DNA of 64,000 nt from Eledone cirrhosa (taxonomy: Eukaryota): contig OZ024763.1 in the NCBI GenBank assembly GCA_964016885.1, positions 18,104,001 to 18,168,000 on the forward strand. Direction: 5' to 3'. Numbering within the stretch: the stretch's first letter is position 1; every line of letters begins with the position of its first letter. Shown here piece by piece: positions 13,455 through 25,695 of this stretch. The notes beneath the pieces were generated by a model. That model saw only the letters and a list, made by a program, of their open reading frames with translations. It did no database searches and was not told the DNA's origin. A program made the position numbers and the translations under genes.

Positions 13455-13844
13455 GGCAATCCCAAAAGTAAGGTCTCCTTCCGATATTGCAACTTTTCCG
13501 TCAAAATCCTGTGGATGGTGCTTCGGGAAACCTCAGGAACCAAAATGCAGAGAGCTTCCAGAGTGATCCACCGATCTTTACGCATGTTTTCCCCGGAAGG
13601 AGACCTTACTTTTGGGGTTGCCCTCGTATATAATAACTGCGTGAAATTCGCACTTGGTGGTAGCGTTCAACGGGAGCTCCATTCTCAACGGCTGCCAAGC
13701 CAAGATTGAGCATCCCAGCGAAGCGGGCGCATGGTTGTTTGGGAGTGAAGGAAGCACCAATCACAACAGAGTTGCCAACAGCCGTACAAACAGTTACTCT
13801 GCGTCCCCATAGCTTTGGAGACCTTACTTTTGGGATTACCCTCG
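13451..13844 (-). mobile_element. Mariner-derived non-autonomous elements, nested, with transposase fragments
   Basis: Three 28-bp TIRs CGAGGGYAAYCCCAAAAGTAAGGTCTCC flanked by TA; peptides MELPLNATTKCEFHAVI and DRWITLEAL...VSRSTIHRILTEKLQYRK resemble the mariner N-terminal HTH region. Confidence 0.8.
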
Positions 13845-14641
13845 TATACACACACACACACACATATGTATACAGGGTGTATACACGCTTCAACAGCAGT
13901 CTAATAAATGTGTATACATTTTGGGGGGACACCCTGTGTGTATGTGTATGTCTGTATGTGTGTATGACTGTGTATGTGTATGTCTGTATGTGTCTGTACA
14001 TATGTACATGTGTTAGTGTGTGTCTGTACATGTTAGTGTGTGTCTATGTCAGTGTCTTTTAGTTTGTTAATAAGTGTGTCTATGTCACTGTGTATGTGTG
14101 TCAGTGTGTTTTAGTGTGTGGTTGAGTGTGTTAATGTGTGTGTGTGTGTGTGTGTGTGTGTCAGTGTGTTAATGTGTGTGTGTGTGTCAATGTGTTTTAG
14201 TGTGTGGTTGAGTGTGTTAATGTGTATGTGTCAGTGTGTGGTTGAGTGTGTTAATGTGTGTGTGTGGTTGAGTGTGTTAATGTGTGTGTCAGTGCGTGGT
14301 TGAGTGTGTTAATGTGTGTGTCAGTGCGTGGTTGAGTGTTAATGTGTGTGTGTGTGTGTCAGTGTGTTAATATGTGAGTGTGTGTGTGTGTGTCTGTATA
14401 TGTCAGTGTGTGGTTCAGTGTGTATACATGAGAACTTCCTGTACGTGTGGCAACAAGGAAATGACATATAAACAGCAAGATACCGACCACTCCAATTATG
14501 TAGAGAGCATCTCCATCTATACATACATATATATATGTATGTACATATATATATGTACATACATACATACATATATATATAGATAGATATATATATACAC
14601 ACACACATACATACATACAAACACCCATACAGACACGTGCA

Positions 14642-14684
<43 letters not shown>

Positions 14685-14715
14685 AGATCAAAAGATGGTT
14701 AAAGGAGTTCCATGT

Positions 14716-14784
14716 ATTTTATTATGCGCATTTCAAAAACAAACATCATCATGCAATAATATTTGTGTTTTCATCAGATAAAAC
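14716..14784 (-). ncRNA. Type I hammerhead ribozyme motif, left arm of palindrome
   Basis: Reverse complement of 14884-14952. Confidence 0.8.
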
Positions 14785-14883
14785 AGGAGGACATGATATG
14801 AAGGCTAAAAAACACTTGTGGATAGTGCAGTTTTAAATCAACATATCCACAAGTGTTTTTTAGCCTTCATATCATGTTCTCCT

Positions 14884-14952
14884 GTTTTATCTGATGAAAA
14901 CACAAATATTATTGCATGATGATGTTTGTTTTTGAAATGCGCATAATAAAAT
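14884..14952 (+). ncRNA. Type I hammerhead ribozyme motif, right arm of palindrome
   Basis: GTTTTAT-CTGATGA-aaacacaaatattat...atgatgtttgttttt-GAAA-TGCGCA-TA-ATAAAAT; palindromic stem III. Confidence 0.8.
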
Positions 14953-15083
14953 ACATGGAACTCCTTTAACCATCTTTTGATCTTATATTATGCATACTCC
15001 AGTCCTACAAACTGTAGAGTGCTTCTTATCCGATATCTGCATTGCTTTATTGTACTACAATAAAACTCACCTCCTACATATAT

Positions 15084-15137
<54 letters not shown>

Positions 15138-15387
15138 TTTCTGAATTTGTTTAGCAAGATTCTTTATCTGAAAATGCGTGTTGAAACCGATATTGTTATA
15201 CTTTGGGAGGGTCATGTTGCCAATAAGAAACACACACCAGTTGCTTTCACTTCAATTTATTATAATAAATTAATAAATTTAGGAATTTATAAATTTATTA
15301 TAATAAATTGAAGTGAAAGCAACTGGTGTGTGTGTTTCTTATTGGCAACATGACCCTCCCAAAGTATAACAATATATATATATATAT

Positions 15388-15721
15388 GGAGGCACATGGC
15401 TTAGTGGTTAGAGCATTGGCCTTGCAATCGAAAGGTTGTGAGTTCAATTCTCAGACCGGGTGATGTGTTGTTTCCTTGAGCAAGACACTTTATTTCAAAT
15501 TGCTCCAGTTTACTCAGCTGTAGAAATGAGATGAAAGGGACTGGGGTCCCTATCATTCCACTGCAAAGTGGTCATGGAGGTGCCACGGCAAAAAAGCACC
15601 CAGCACTCACTGTAATGAGGTTGGTGTTAGGAAGGGCATCCAACTGTAGAAATCAAGCCAGAATCAGTTCCCGTCCCACCCTTGCAAGCAGGGAAAAGCA
15701 GACGTAAAATGATGATGATGA
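15388..15721 (+). mobile_element. SINE family A, full length (tRNA head, CORE-like domain, RTE-type tail, (ATG)n)
   Basis: TGGCTTAGTGG A box, GAGTTCAATTC B box, CCTTGAGCAAGACACTT CORE-like segment, tail shared with the LINE at 35161-35612. Confidence 0.9.
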
Positions 15722-16043
15722 TATATATATACATACATGCAAACAGCCATACAGACACATGCACATATATATATGTATAGAAATATATGTATACATGGTG
15801 ATGATGATGACACATACATATACACACACATACATATATACATACATACACGCACACATATATGCATATATATATATATATATACACATACATACATACA
15901 TATACACATACATACACATATACATACATACACACACGTACAAATAGACACCCATATATACATACATACACACACGCACATGTATATATATACATACATA
16001 CACGCACATGTATATATACATACACGCACATGTATATATACAT

Positions 16044-16107
<64 letters not shown>

Positions 16108-16297
16108 GTTATTCCGGGTTGAATCGGAGGTAACCACAGTAAGTAAGGTACTCAATACATTGCAGAGTATAAAAGTTTTAATATAGATGAGATTCTACAG
16201 GACTAGAACTGTTTCATTCTTTAGAAATCATCAGGAATCATCAGAGATTCCTGATGATTTCTAAAGAATGAAACAGTTCTAGTCCTGTAGAATCTCA

Positions 16298-16351
<54 letters not shown>

Positions 16352-16587
16352 GACTTAGGCCACAAATTAAATTATATCTACTGGGGGGTGGGACAAGGGG
16401 GCGTTAGTGAGGAAGTGGGTACAGGTGTGAGAGGGGGTAGAAGTGGGGTGAGACCTTGACCCCCCTCTCCTCACACTCATATGTTCCTTCTTCCCTTTTT
16501 GCATGTGTTGGATGGGTCTTTTCTTAGTATTTCTTTGCTTTACTCTTTTAGTTGTGTTCCTTTCTCATCTCCAATGTCAGGTTCTGT

Positions 16588-17449
16588 TTAACCCCTTAGT
16601 ATTTAAACCGGCCATATCCGGCCAGAATTATCTCACCTCTTTCTGATCAAACTGGCTGTAATTGGTCACTCATACTGATGTTATGGTATTATTCTCAAGT
16701 AAAGCCTTTACAGTGAAAATACAGTAGTATTTTAGAGTAATGTAAATGCTAATGGGTTAATATGAGATCAGTTCTAGCAACCTTGGTCTTCCTCTACTGC
16801 AGCTTGCTTCCACCAGGATCTCTTACCACTTCTTCAGGTTCTGTTTAACCCTTTCATAACTGGCCAGAATTCTCTCACCCATTTCTGGCCAGACATTCCT
16901 TGGTCTTCCTCTACTGCAGCTTGCTTCTACCAGGATTTCTTGTCACTTCTTCAGGTTCTGTTTAACCCTTTCATAACTGGCCAGACATTCCTTGGTCTTC
17001 CTCTACTGCAGCTTGCTTCCACCAGGATCTCTTACCACTTCTTCAGGTTTTGTTTAACCCTTTCATAACTGGCCAGAATTCTCTCACCCATTTCTGGCCA
17101 GACATTCCTTGGTCTTCCTCTACTGCAGCTTGCTTCTACCAGGATTTCTTGTCACTTCTTCAGGTTCTGTTTAACCCTTTCATAACTGGCCAGACATTCC
17201 TTGGTCTTCCTCTACTGCAGCTTGCTTCCACCAGGGTCTCTTGCCACTTCTTCAGGTTCTGTTTAAATCAGCCATAATTGGCCAGAATTCTCTCACCTCT
17301 TTCTGTTTAAACCGGCTGGAACTGGTCACTCATACCAACGTTCTCAAAATAAATAATACCAAAATCTTAGATTCAATATTATGTGAAGTAAAGTGCTTAC
17401 CATGAAAATCTGACAGTATGTATAGAGTAATGTAAATGCTAAAGGGTTA
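16588..17449. mobile_element. piggyBac-like MITE fragments with tandemly duplicated RTE/MITE junction
   Basis: TTAACCC...GGGTTAA ends; repeated CCTTGGTCTTCCTCTACTGCAGCTTGCTTC blocks at 16770-17290. Confidence 0.55.
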
Positions 17450-18270
17450 ATGAGATCAGTTCTAGCAACCTTGGCCTTCCTCTACTGCAACTTCCTTCCA
17501 CCGACACACTTCTTCACCCAGCCAGCATTCATCATCTGTATGTATCATATGTCCATACCTGCAGTCTTCTCTCCTGCACATTATACTACCCTACATCTGA
17601 TTCCTGCACATTATACTACTCTACATCTGATTCCTGCACATCTACCCTACATCTGATTCCTGCACATCTACTCTACATCTGATTCCTGCACATCTACCCT
17701 ACATCTGATTCCTGCACATCTACCCTACATCTGATTCCGGCACATCTACTCTACATCTGATTCCTGCACATCTACCCTACATCTGATTCCTGCACATCTA
17801 CCCTACATCTGATTCCTGCACATCTACCCTACATCTGATTCCTGCACATCTACCCTACATCTGATTCCTGCACATCTACCTACATCTGATTCCTGCACAT
17901 CTACCCTACATCTGATTCCTCTTATAACCAGTTTTTCTCACAACTCATCCATGCCAAATACCTGCCATTTCTGGCCAGACATTCCTTGGTCTTCCTCTAC
18001 TGCAGCTTCCTTCCACCAGGATCTCTTACCACTTCTTTAGGTTCTGTTTAATATGAGATCAACTCTAACAACCTTGGTCTTCCTTTACTGCAGCTTCCTT
18101 CCACTGACATCTCTTGCTACTTCTTCAGGTTCTCTTGCCACTTCTTCACCCAGCAATCATCATCCATGCATATCACATGTCGATACCAGTGCAGTCTTCT
18201 TCTCCTGCACACCACGTGTGATTCCTCTTATAGCTAGTTTTTTTCTCTCAGCTCATTCATGCTGAGCAAT
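17450..18270 (-). mobile_element. Degenerate RTE LINE 3' fragments interrupted by a 26-bp minisatellite
   Basis: Minus strand resembles the RGIRC..QERRL.WYGH...SRGRPR motif of the ORF at 35161. Confidence 0.7.
17570..17920. repeat. 26-bp minisatellite, about 13 copies
   Basis: Unit ACATCTGATTCCTGCACATCTACCCT. Confidence 0.9.
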
Positions 18271-19056
18271 TGCTGTTATAGTAGATTCTGGGCAATATAG
18301 TTGGATAATCGAGGCAGATCAGTTGGAGACAGTTCCTTCTGACAGGGCCCGTTTGATGGAGTGTTTGAGGTCTCTGCCTCCACAACCCTCTCGATTTAAT
18401 CGACTTTCCCCTTCCCCAAAATTGCTGGCCTTGTGCCTATATAAGAAACCCTTATTATATTATCATTTGCTTTTCATCCTTACGGGGGTCGATAAAAAAA
18501 AATGCACTGGGTAATTGCTGGCCTTGTGCCAAAAGTAGAAATAATTATTATATTATCAAATCATCATTGTTGTTTTTTCCATACTTGCATGGGTTGGACA
18601 GGTACTTCTGTGTCTCATATCCTCTGTGATTCTCAGCAATTTGAGGTCAGCTCCCACCACCTCTGCCCAAGTCTTCCTTGATCTACCTCTACTGCGCTTT
18701 CCTTCTGCTGGCCTCCTTCATAACCAAAGTGTTAATAATAATAATAATAATTGTTTCTACTTTTGGCACAAGACCAGCAATTACCCCAGTGCATTACTGG
18801 TATTTTATTTTATCGACCCCGTAAGGTTGAAAGGCAAAGTTAACCTCAATGGAATTTGAACTCAAACCATAAAGGGGTGTAACTCTATGCTGCAAAGCAT
18901 CGTCCAACCCTCTACCGATACTGCCAATCCACCACCATGTAATAATAATGGTATCTACTATAGACACAAGGAGAGCAATTTTGGGGGAGGGGAAAGTCGA
19001 TTAAATCGACCCCCAGTGCTTGACTGGTACTTTATTTTATCGAGCCCTTAAGGATG

Positions 19057-19643
19057 TGTAGTGACCTACATTCCGCGGGCTCACATACATTCTCTGTGCG
19101 TGATTTGGCTCAGCTCAGCCAATCAGCACCAGTAGAAGAGGATGTATCCCTACGCGCCCTGAGGGAGAAATTCCCCGCGAAGATTTGAAGAATCTTCCTC
19201 TCGCACCCGGAACTTCGAACCAGCAACACGTACAACATGTGACGGTGAGATTTTGCACCTTAACCCGCCGGCTTTCCGGCGCAATGGCACATTCCCTTTT
19301 GTAACCTCATTTTATGTGTAACTTCAACCATACAAGTTAACCAACATTATTTGTGGATTGGCAGTATCGGTAGAGGGTCGGACGCCATGCTTTCCAGCAT
19401 AGTTACGTCCCTTTACGATCTGAGTTCAAATCCCGCCGAGGTTGACTTTGCCTTTCATCCTTACGGGGTCGATAAAATAAAGTACCAGTAATGCACTGGG
19501 TAATTGCTGGCCTTGTGCCTAAAGTAGAGACAATTATTTGTGCTACAACAAAAATAAACATACATTTCATCTCTAACTTCTGCTGTTGACATCATTATTG
19601 TGTTACTCGTGTCTCAATAACATTTATAATCCATGCTGCTAAA
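19057..19643 (+). mobile_element. Putative solo LTR
   Basis: Starts TGTAGTG, ends TGCTAAA (probably decayed TGCTACA), 4-bp TSD GATG splitting a SINE, CCAAT box, AATAAA near the 3' end, CpG-rich. Confidence 0.65.
19356..19532 (+). mobile_element. SINE family B nested in the solo LTR
   Basis: 10-bp TSD ATTATTTGTG on both sides. Confidence 0.85.
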
Positions 19644-20164
19644 GATGAAAGGCAAAGCTAACCTCGGCGGGATTTGAACTCGGTCCGTAAAGGGCCGTAA
19701 CTCTATGCTGAAAAGCATGGCGTCTGACCCTCTACCGATACTCTCAATCCACTGCCCTGTAATAATTGTTTCTACTTTGGGCACAAGGCCAGCAATTATC
19801 CCAGTGCATTACTGGTACGTTATTTTATCGGTCGGGCCCCGTAAGGATGAAAGGCAAAGCTAACCTCGGCGGGATTTGAACTCGGTCCGTAAAGGGCCGT
19901 AACTCTATGCTGAAAAGCATGGCGTCTGACCCTCTACCGATACTCTCAATCCACTGCCCTGTAATAATTGTTTCTACTTTGGGCACAAGGCCAGCAATTA
20001 TCCCAGTGCATTACTGGTACTTTATTTTATCGGTCGGGGCCCCGTAAGGATGAAAGGCAAAGCTAAACTCGGCGGGATTTGAACTCAGTCCGCAAAGGGC
20101 CGTAACTCTATGCCGCAAAGCATCGCGTCCGACCCTCTCTCCCGATAATGCTAATCCACCGCCC

Positions 20165-20345
20165 TGTAAGAATGTCCCACAGAAACACATCCTTCTTAGA
20201 CAGACAATATCCAACGCGGGAGGACTACCCAGATAGAGGTCTCCATTTGCGACTCTCTGTCGCCAAGATATGTTGGAAGAGTGTCCCAGCAGTCTTGTGT
20301 AACATCCATTTAGTCTTTTTTCAAGGGTTTTATTAAGCATTTATT
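20165..20345 (-). mobile_element. Non-LTR retrotransposon (RTE-like) ORF fragment
   Basis: TLEKRLNGCYTRLL...NISWRQRVANGDLY is typical of the post-RT region; related fragments at 21120-21355, 60860-61020 and 61735-61920 (RRLRLAGH). Confidence 0.7.
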
Positions 20346-20545
20346 TGGATATACTCCAAGATTCACTCAGTAGCTGCTTGTAGTCTTGTACTGGCTGATG
20401 TTCTGTGGGGTCATACATGTATATATACATATATACATACATATATATATACATATATATATTTTTTACTGCCAAATCAACCTCCCAAATGCAAGGTGAT
20501 TGAAAGGCATGTCGTATCTATTTATTTATAAGACTGTTTATATTG

Positions 20546-20611
20546 TATTTTGTCTGAAGAAGGCATAACATATTGTTAATATGATATCCCTGAAATATAT
20601 ATAACGAAATA
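20546..20611 (+). ncRNA. Type I hammerhead ribozyme motif
   Basis: TATTTTGT-CTGAAGA-AGG...catatt/aatatg...CCT-GAAA-TATATA-TA-ACGAAATA; downstream sequence shared with the element at 5750-5900. Confidence 0.75.
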
Positions 20612-20796
20612 AATATGGTTTTATAAATATAGTTTCCATTTATTTAATATCATAAATATACTCCAAATACTTGTTGAGTGCTATTATATCAGTTATAAAT
20701 ATTTACTCGTTGTTAACCCAACAATTTAAATATAACTTTCCATGTATATACATATATATATATATACATATATACATACATATATATATATGTATG

Positions 20797-20828
<32 letters not shown>

Positions 20829-20858
20829 CATATATACATACATATATATATATGTATG

Positions 20859-20890
<32 letters not shown>

Positions 20891-20916
20891 CATATATACA
20901 TACATATATATATATG

Positions 20917-20948
<32 letters not shown>

Positions 20949-21040
20949 CATATATACATACATATATATATATGTATATATATATACATATATATATATA
21001 TACATATATAGGTACATACATATATATATACATATATAGG

Positions 21041-21100
<60 letters not shown>

Positions 21101-21391
21101 CATCTATCTATCTAAGGCGGGTAAATTTCCCGAGATCCATGGACGAGTTCTCTCCAGCGGTCTCTGTCCCTCATTATCGCTGCCATGTCCTGCATCTCCA
21201 ACAGACCAGTGTCTGTCCTTAGGGCATCAACATATGTTAACCTTGGTCTTCCTCTTCTAGTGTGTCAATGTAGGGGCTCCCAAAGGAGCACTGAGTGCAA
21301 TGTCAACTCTGGATGTCGGTGAGCATGTCCAGCCAACCTCAGTCTCCTCTGTGTCACATATATAGGTACATACATATATACATATATATAT

Positions 21392-22005
21392 GGTGGCTGC
21401 CAACTCGTTTTCGAGTACGGCCACTACTTTATATCCATGTAGGAGAACCCCTACCAATGCGCTGAACGAGTGTGACTTTTTAGTCCAGCCAGCGACTTGA
21501 AAACTCTGGTACAAACACTACACCTGTGACAATTATTGACACATAGTGCTGGGCCCATGGTACCATGTGACGACAAGTGCAGAGAGATCAGAGATCTCCA
21601 GATATAAAGCAATGCCTGTGCCGTGAAGCTTTTATAGTGAGCAAAGGCACTGCACAAAGCCAGTCCCACTCTCTTAACCAAGATAATATTTACCAAAAAG
21701 AAGAACAAGTCAACATCATTGGATACCATCAGGGTTGCAGGTGTTATATCAGAGTTTTCCTTCTCCTAGAATTCTGCCTTGACAAAGGCTAAGGGGTCAT
21801 CTCTCCCAGTGATTTTGGATGGCCATTGACTCTAAAGAGCTCCTTTGCCCTTTGACAGGTTTTGTTTTTAGTCCTGCAGGATGTCCAAAGTCACCCTCCT
21901 CACCAAGAAATCTTGGTGGGGTTGCCAGTTTAGTCGCCAACGACCCGACCATGGGACAGGTTGTACTGGGATACATGTTACCAGTAGCACCAACTGGTGA
22001 CCTGA

Positions 22006-22006
<1 letters not shown>
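21392..22006 (-). mobile_element. Non-autonomous, internally deleted RTE-like element
   Basis: AGGAGAAGGAAAACTCTGAT segment resembling an RTE 5' UTR, joined to a C2H2-like C-terminus ([22 protein letters not shown]); second copy at 22543-22953 (+). Confidence 0.55.
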
Positions 22007-22090
<84 letters not shown>

Positions 22091-22093
<3 letters not shown>

Positions 22094-22303
22094 GGCGCAT
22101 GGCTGAGTGGTTAGGGAATTGGATTCACAATCTTGAGGTTGTGAGTTCGATTCCTGGACCGAGCGATGCGTTATGTCCTTGAGCAAGACACTTTATTTCA
22201 CGTTGTCCCTTCTACCTGGAGTTGCGACCGATAGATAGTATTAGCAATTGGAAAGACCAACGGAAACATTGTTCCCTCGGTCCGATTTGACGAAAGCCGA
22301 TCG
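22091..22303 (+). mobile_element. SINE family C (tRNA head, CORE-like domain, distinct tail)
   Basis: TGGCTGAGTGG A box, GAGTTCGATTCC B box, CCTTGAGCAAGACACTT; further copies at 30955-31168 and 31328-31534 (-). Confidence 0.85.
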
Positions 22304-22313
22304 CTTTTTTTTG

Positions 22314-22405
<92 letters not shown>

Positions 22406-22480
22406 AATATATATAAATGTATAGCTGTATGTATGTATGTTTATATATGTATGTTTATATATGTATAGCTGTATGTATGA

Positions 22481-22520
<40 letters not shown>

Positions 22521-22542
22521 ATATGTATGTATATATATATGT

Positions 22543-22953
22543 CCGGGAGAGATGACCCCTTAGCCTTTGTCAAGGCAGAATTCTAGGAGAAGGAAAACTC
22601 TGATATAACACCTGCAACCCTGATGGTATCCAATGATGTTGACTTGTTCTTCTTTTTGGTAAATATCATCTTGGTTAAGAGAGTGGGACTGGCTTTGTGC
22701 AGTGCCTTTGCTCACTATAAAAGCTTCACGGCACAGGCATTGCTTTATATCTGGAGATCTCTCTGCACTTGTCGTCACATGGTACCATGGGCCCAGCACT
22801 ATGCGTCAATGATTATCACAAGTGTAGTGTTTGTACCAGAGTTTTCAAGTCGCTGGCTGGACTAAAAAGTCACACTCGTTCAGTGCATCGGTAGGGGTTC
22901 TCCTACATGGATATAAAGTAGTGGCCGTACTCGAAAACGAGTTGGCAGCCACC
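22543..22953 (+). mobile_element. Second, 5'-truncated copy of the non-autonomous RTE-like element
   Basis: Near-identical reverse complement of 21392-21808. Confidence 0.7.
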
Positions 22954-23017
22954 ATATATATATGTATATGTATATATATGTACATATATACATATACATA
23001 TATATATACATACATAT

Positions 23018-23089
<72 letters not shown>

Positions 23090-23153
23090 TCATACATACA
23101 GCTATACATATATAAACATACATATATAAACATACATACATACAGCTATACAT

Positions 23154-23197
<44 letters not shown>

Positions 23198-23397
23198 ACA
23201 TACAAACATATATAATTGTGGGTATTTAGGTATGTGCAAGCATTTTTAAATACATACACACACAAATATATATATATATCATCATCATCATCATCGTCCA
23301 TCTTCCACGCTAGCATGGGTTTGGATATATATATATATATATATATACACAACATACACTCACACACATGTATATAAGTATGTGTAAGCGTCTTTAA

Positions 23398-23452
<55 letters not shown>

Positions 23453-23578
23453 TATAAACACTCGAAAGTTAGTCAGCACTTAGGTGTAACTATGATTAAG
23501 TCATGTGCAAGGGATGTGACATTACTGAGTGTCTTAGAGAGAAGAGGATATATATATATATATACACACACATATATC

Positions 23579-23657
<79 letters not shown>

Positions 23658-23776
23658 TATCATATATATATATATATGCACACACACATATATCATATAT
23701 ATATATATACACACACATATATCATATATATATATATATACACACACCCATATATATATATATACACACACATATC

Positions 23777-23833
<57 letters not shown>

Positions 23834-24308
23834 CACACACATATATCATATATATATATATACACACACATATATCATATATATATATATGCACACACAC
23901 ACGCATATATATATATATATATGCACACACACACGCATATATATATATATATGCACACACACACGCATATATATATATATATGCACACACACACATATAT
24001 ATATGCACACACACATATATATATGCATATATATATATTGAGAGAGAATTGGGGAATTAATCTAAATTTATGCCATTGGTCCACTTGTATTATTTGCCTA
24101 ATTTCAATATATATATGCATGTATATATATATATATATATATACATGCATATATATATACATGTATATATATATAATATATATACATGTATATATATATA
24201 CATGTATATAAATATATATATAATATATATATGTGTCTATGTATATGCACATATATATATGTATGTATATGTATGTATGTTTGTGTGTGTATATATATAT
24301 ATATATAC

Positions 24309-24357
<49 letters not shown>

Positions 24358-24474
24358 GTGTCTATGTATATGCATGTATATATATATATATAATATAATG
24401 TGTCTATGTATATGCACATATATATATGTATGTATGTATATATATGTATGTATGTATATGTATGTATGTATGTG

Positions 24475-24505
<31 letters not shown>

Positions 24506-25695
24506 ATACAAACATGGTGTTTAATATCAGCTACCAGTGTTTAATATCATCTCCAACACCCACCACCATCTTTAGTACCACTAGCACCATGTACTCTACC
24601 ACCACCACCACCACCACACCACCACCACCTTGGTACACAGACGCAAGGGCGTTGCCTCACCACCACTAAAAAACCATCTCAGTCACACACACACACACCC
24701 TGCTCGAATCTCCCTCACCACCACCACCACCACCACACCACCACCATTACCTCCCCCAATACCAAGCTCAACCTCACCACCACCACCACCACACCACCAC
24801 CATTACCTCCCTACAATACCAAGCTCAACCTCACCACCACCACACCACCACCACACCACCACCACCACCACACCACCACCATTACCTCCCCCAATACCAA
24901 GCTCAACCTCACCACCACCACCACCACCACACCACCACCAACCATTAATACTAACCTCAGCCTCACCACCACCACCACCATTCACTACCCCTATACCAAA
25001 CATCACCACCACCACCACCACCACCAACCATTAATACTAACTTCACCACCATTACCTACCCATATACCCTACCCCACTACCACCGACCCTTGCTAGTAGT
25101 GAGAAAGGGCTTTAAATGATGATGGTGATGATGATGATTATGGTTGTGATGGTGGCGTTTATGATTTATGATGGTCGTGATGATGATTATGGTGGTGGGG
25201 GTGATGATGATTATGATAGTGATGATGATGATTATGGTTGTGATGGTGGCGTTTATGATTTATGATGGTCGTGGTGATGATTGTGGTGGTGGTGGTGATG
25301 ATGATTATGATAGTGATGATGATGATTATGGTTGTGATGGTGGCGTTTATGATTTATGATTGTGGTGGTGATGATTTATGATTGTGGTGGTGATGATGAT
25401 TATGATAGTGATGATGGTGATCATGATGGTGATGATGATGACTTATATAATATTTCTCTTCAACCATCCATCATCATTTAATCCTCATAACACCGCACCC
25501 TCCCCCACCGCAGTCTATGTAACACATCCATGTAATGCTCCATTCATTTGGTTCTTTGGGGTAAAGAAATATGATAATAATCATAATTAACCCTTTATTT
25601 AACAACTCTAGCCAAAACTGGTTCTGGTTCTGGTTCCACGAGTCACCCATTTTAAATGTTTCCTATTTAAATTAACCCTATAGTTAATTCTACTC

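Larger units (their letters stand above)
18750..20167 (-). mobile_element. Cluster of tandem SINE family B copies, one interrupted by a solo LTR
   Basis: Repeated reverse-complement family B sequence; 19644-20167 contains near-identical tandem copies. Confidence 0.85.
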
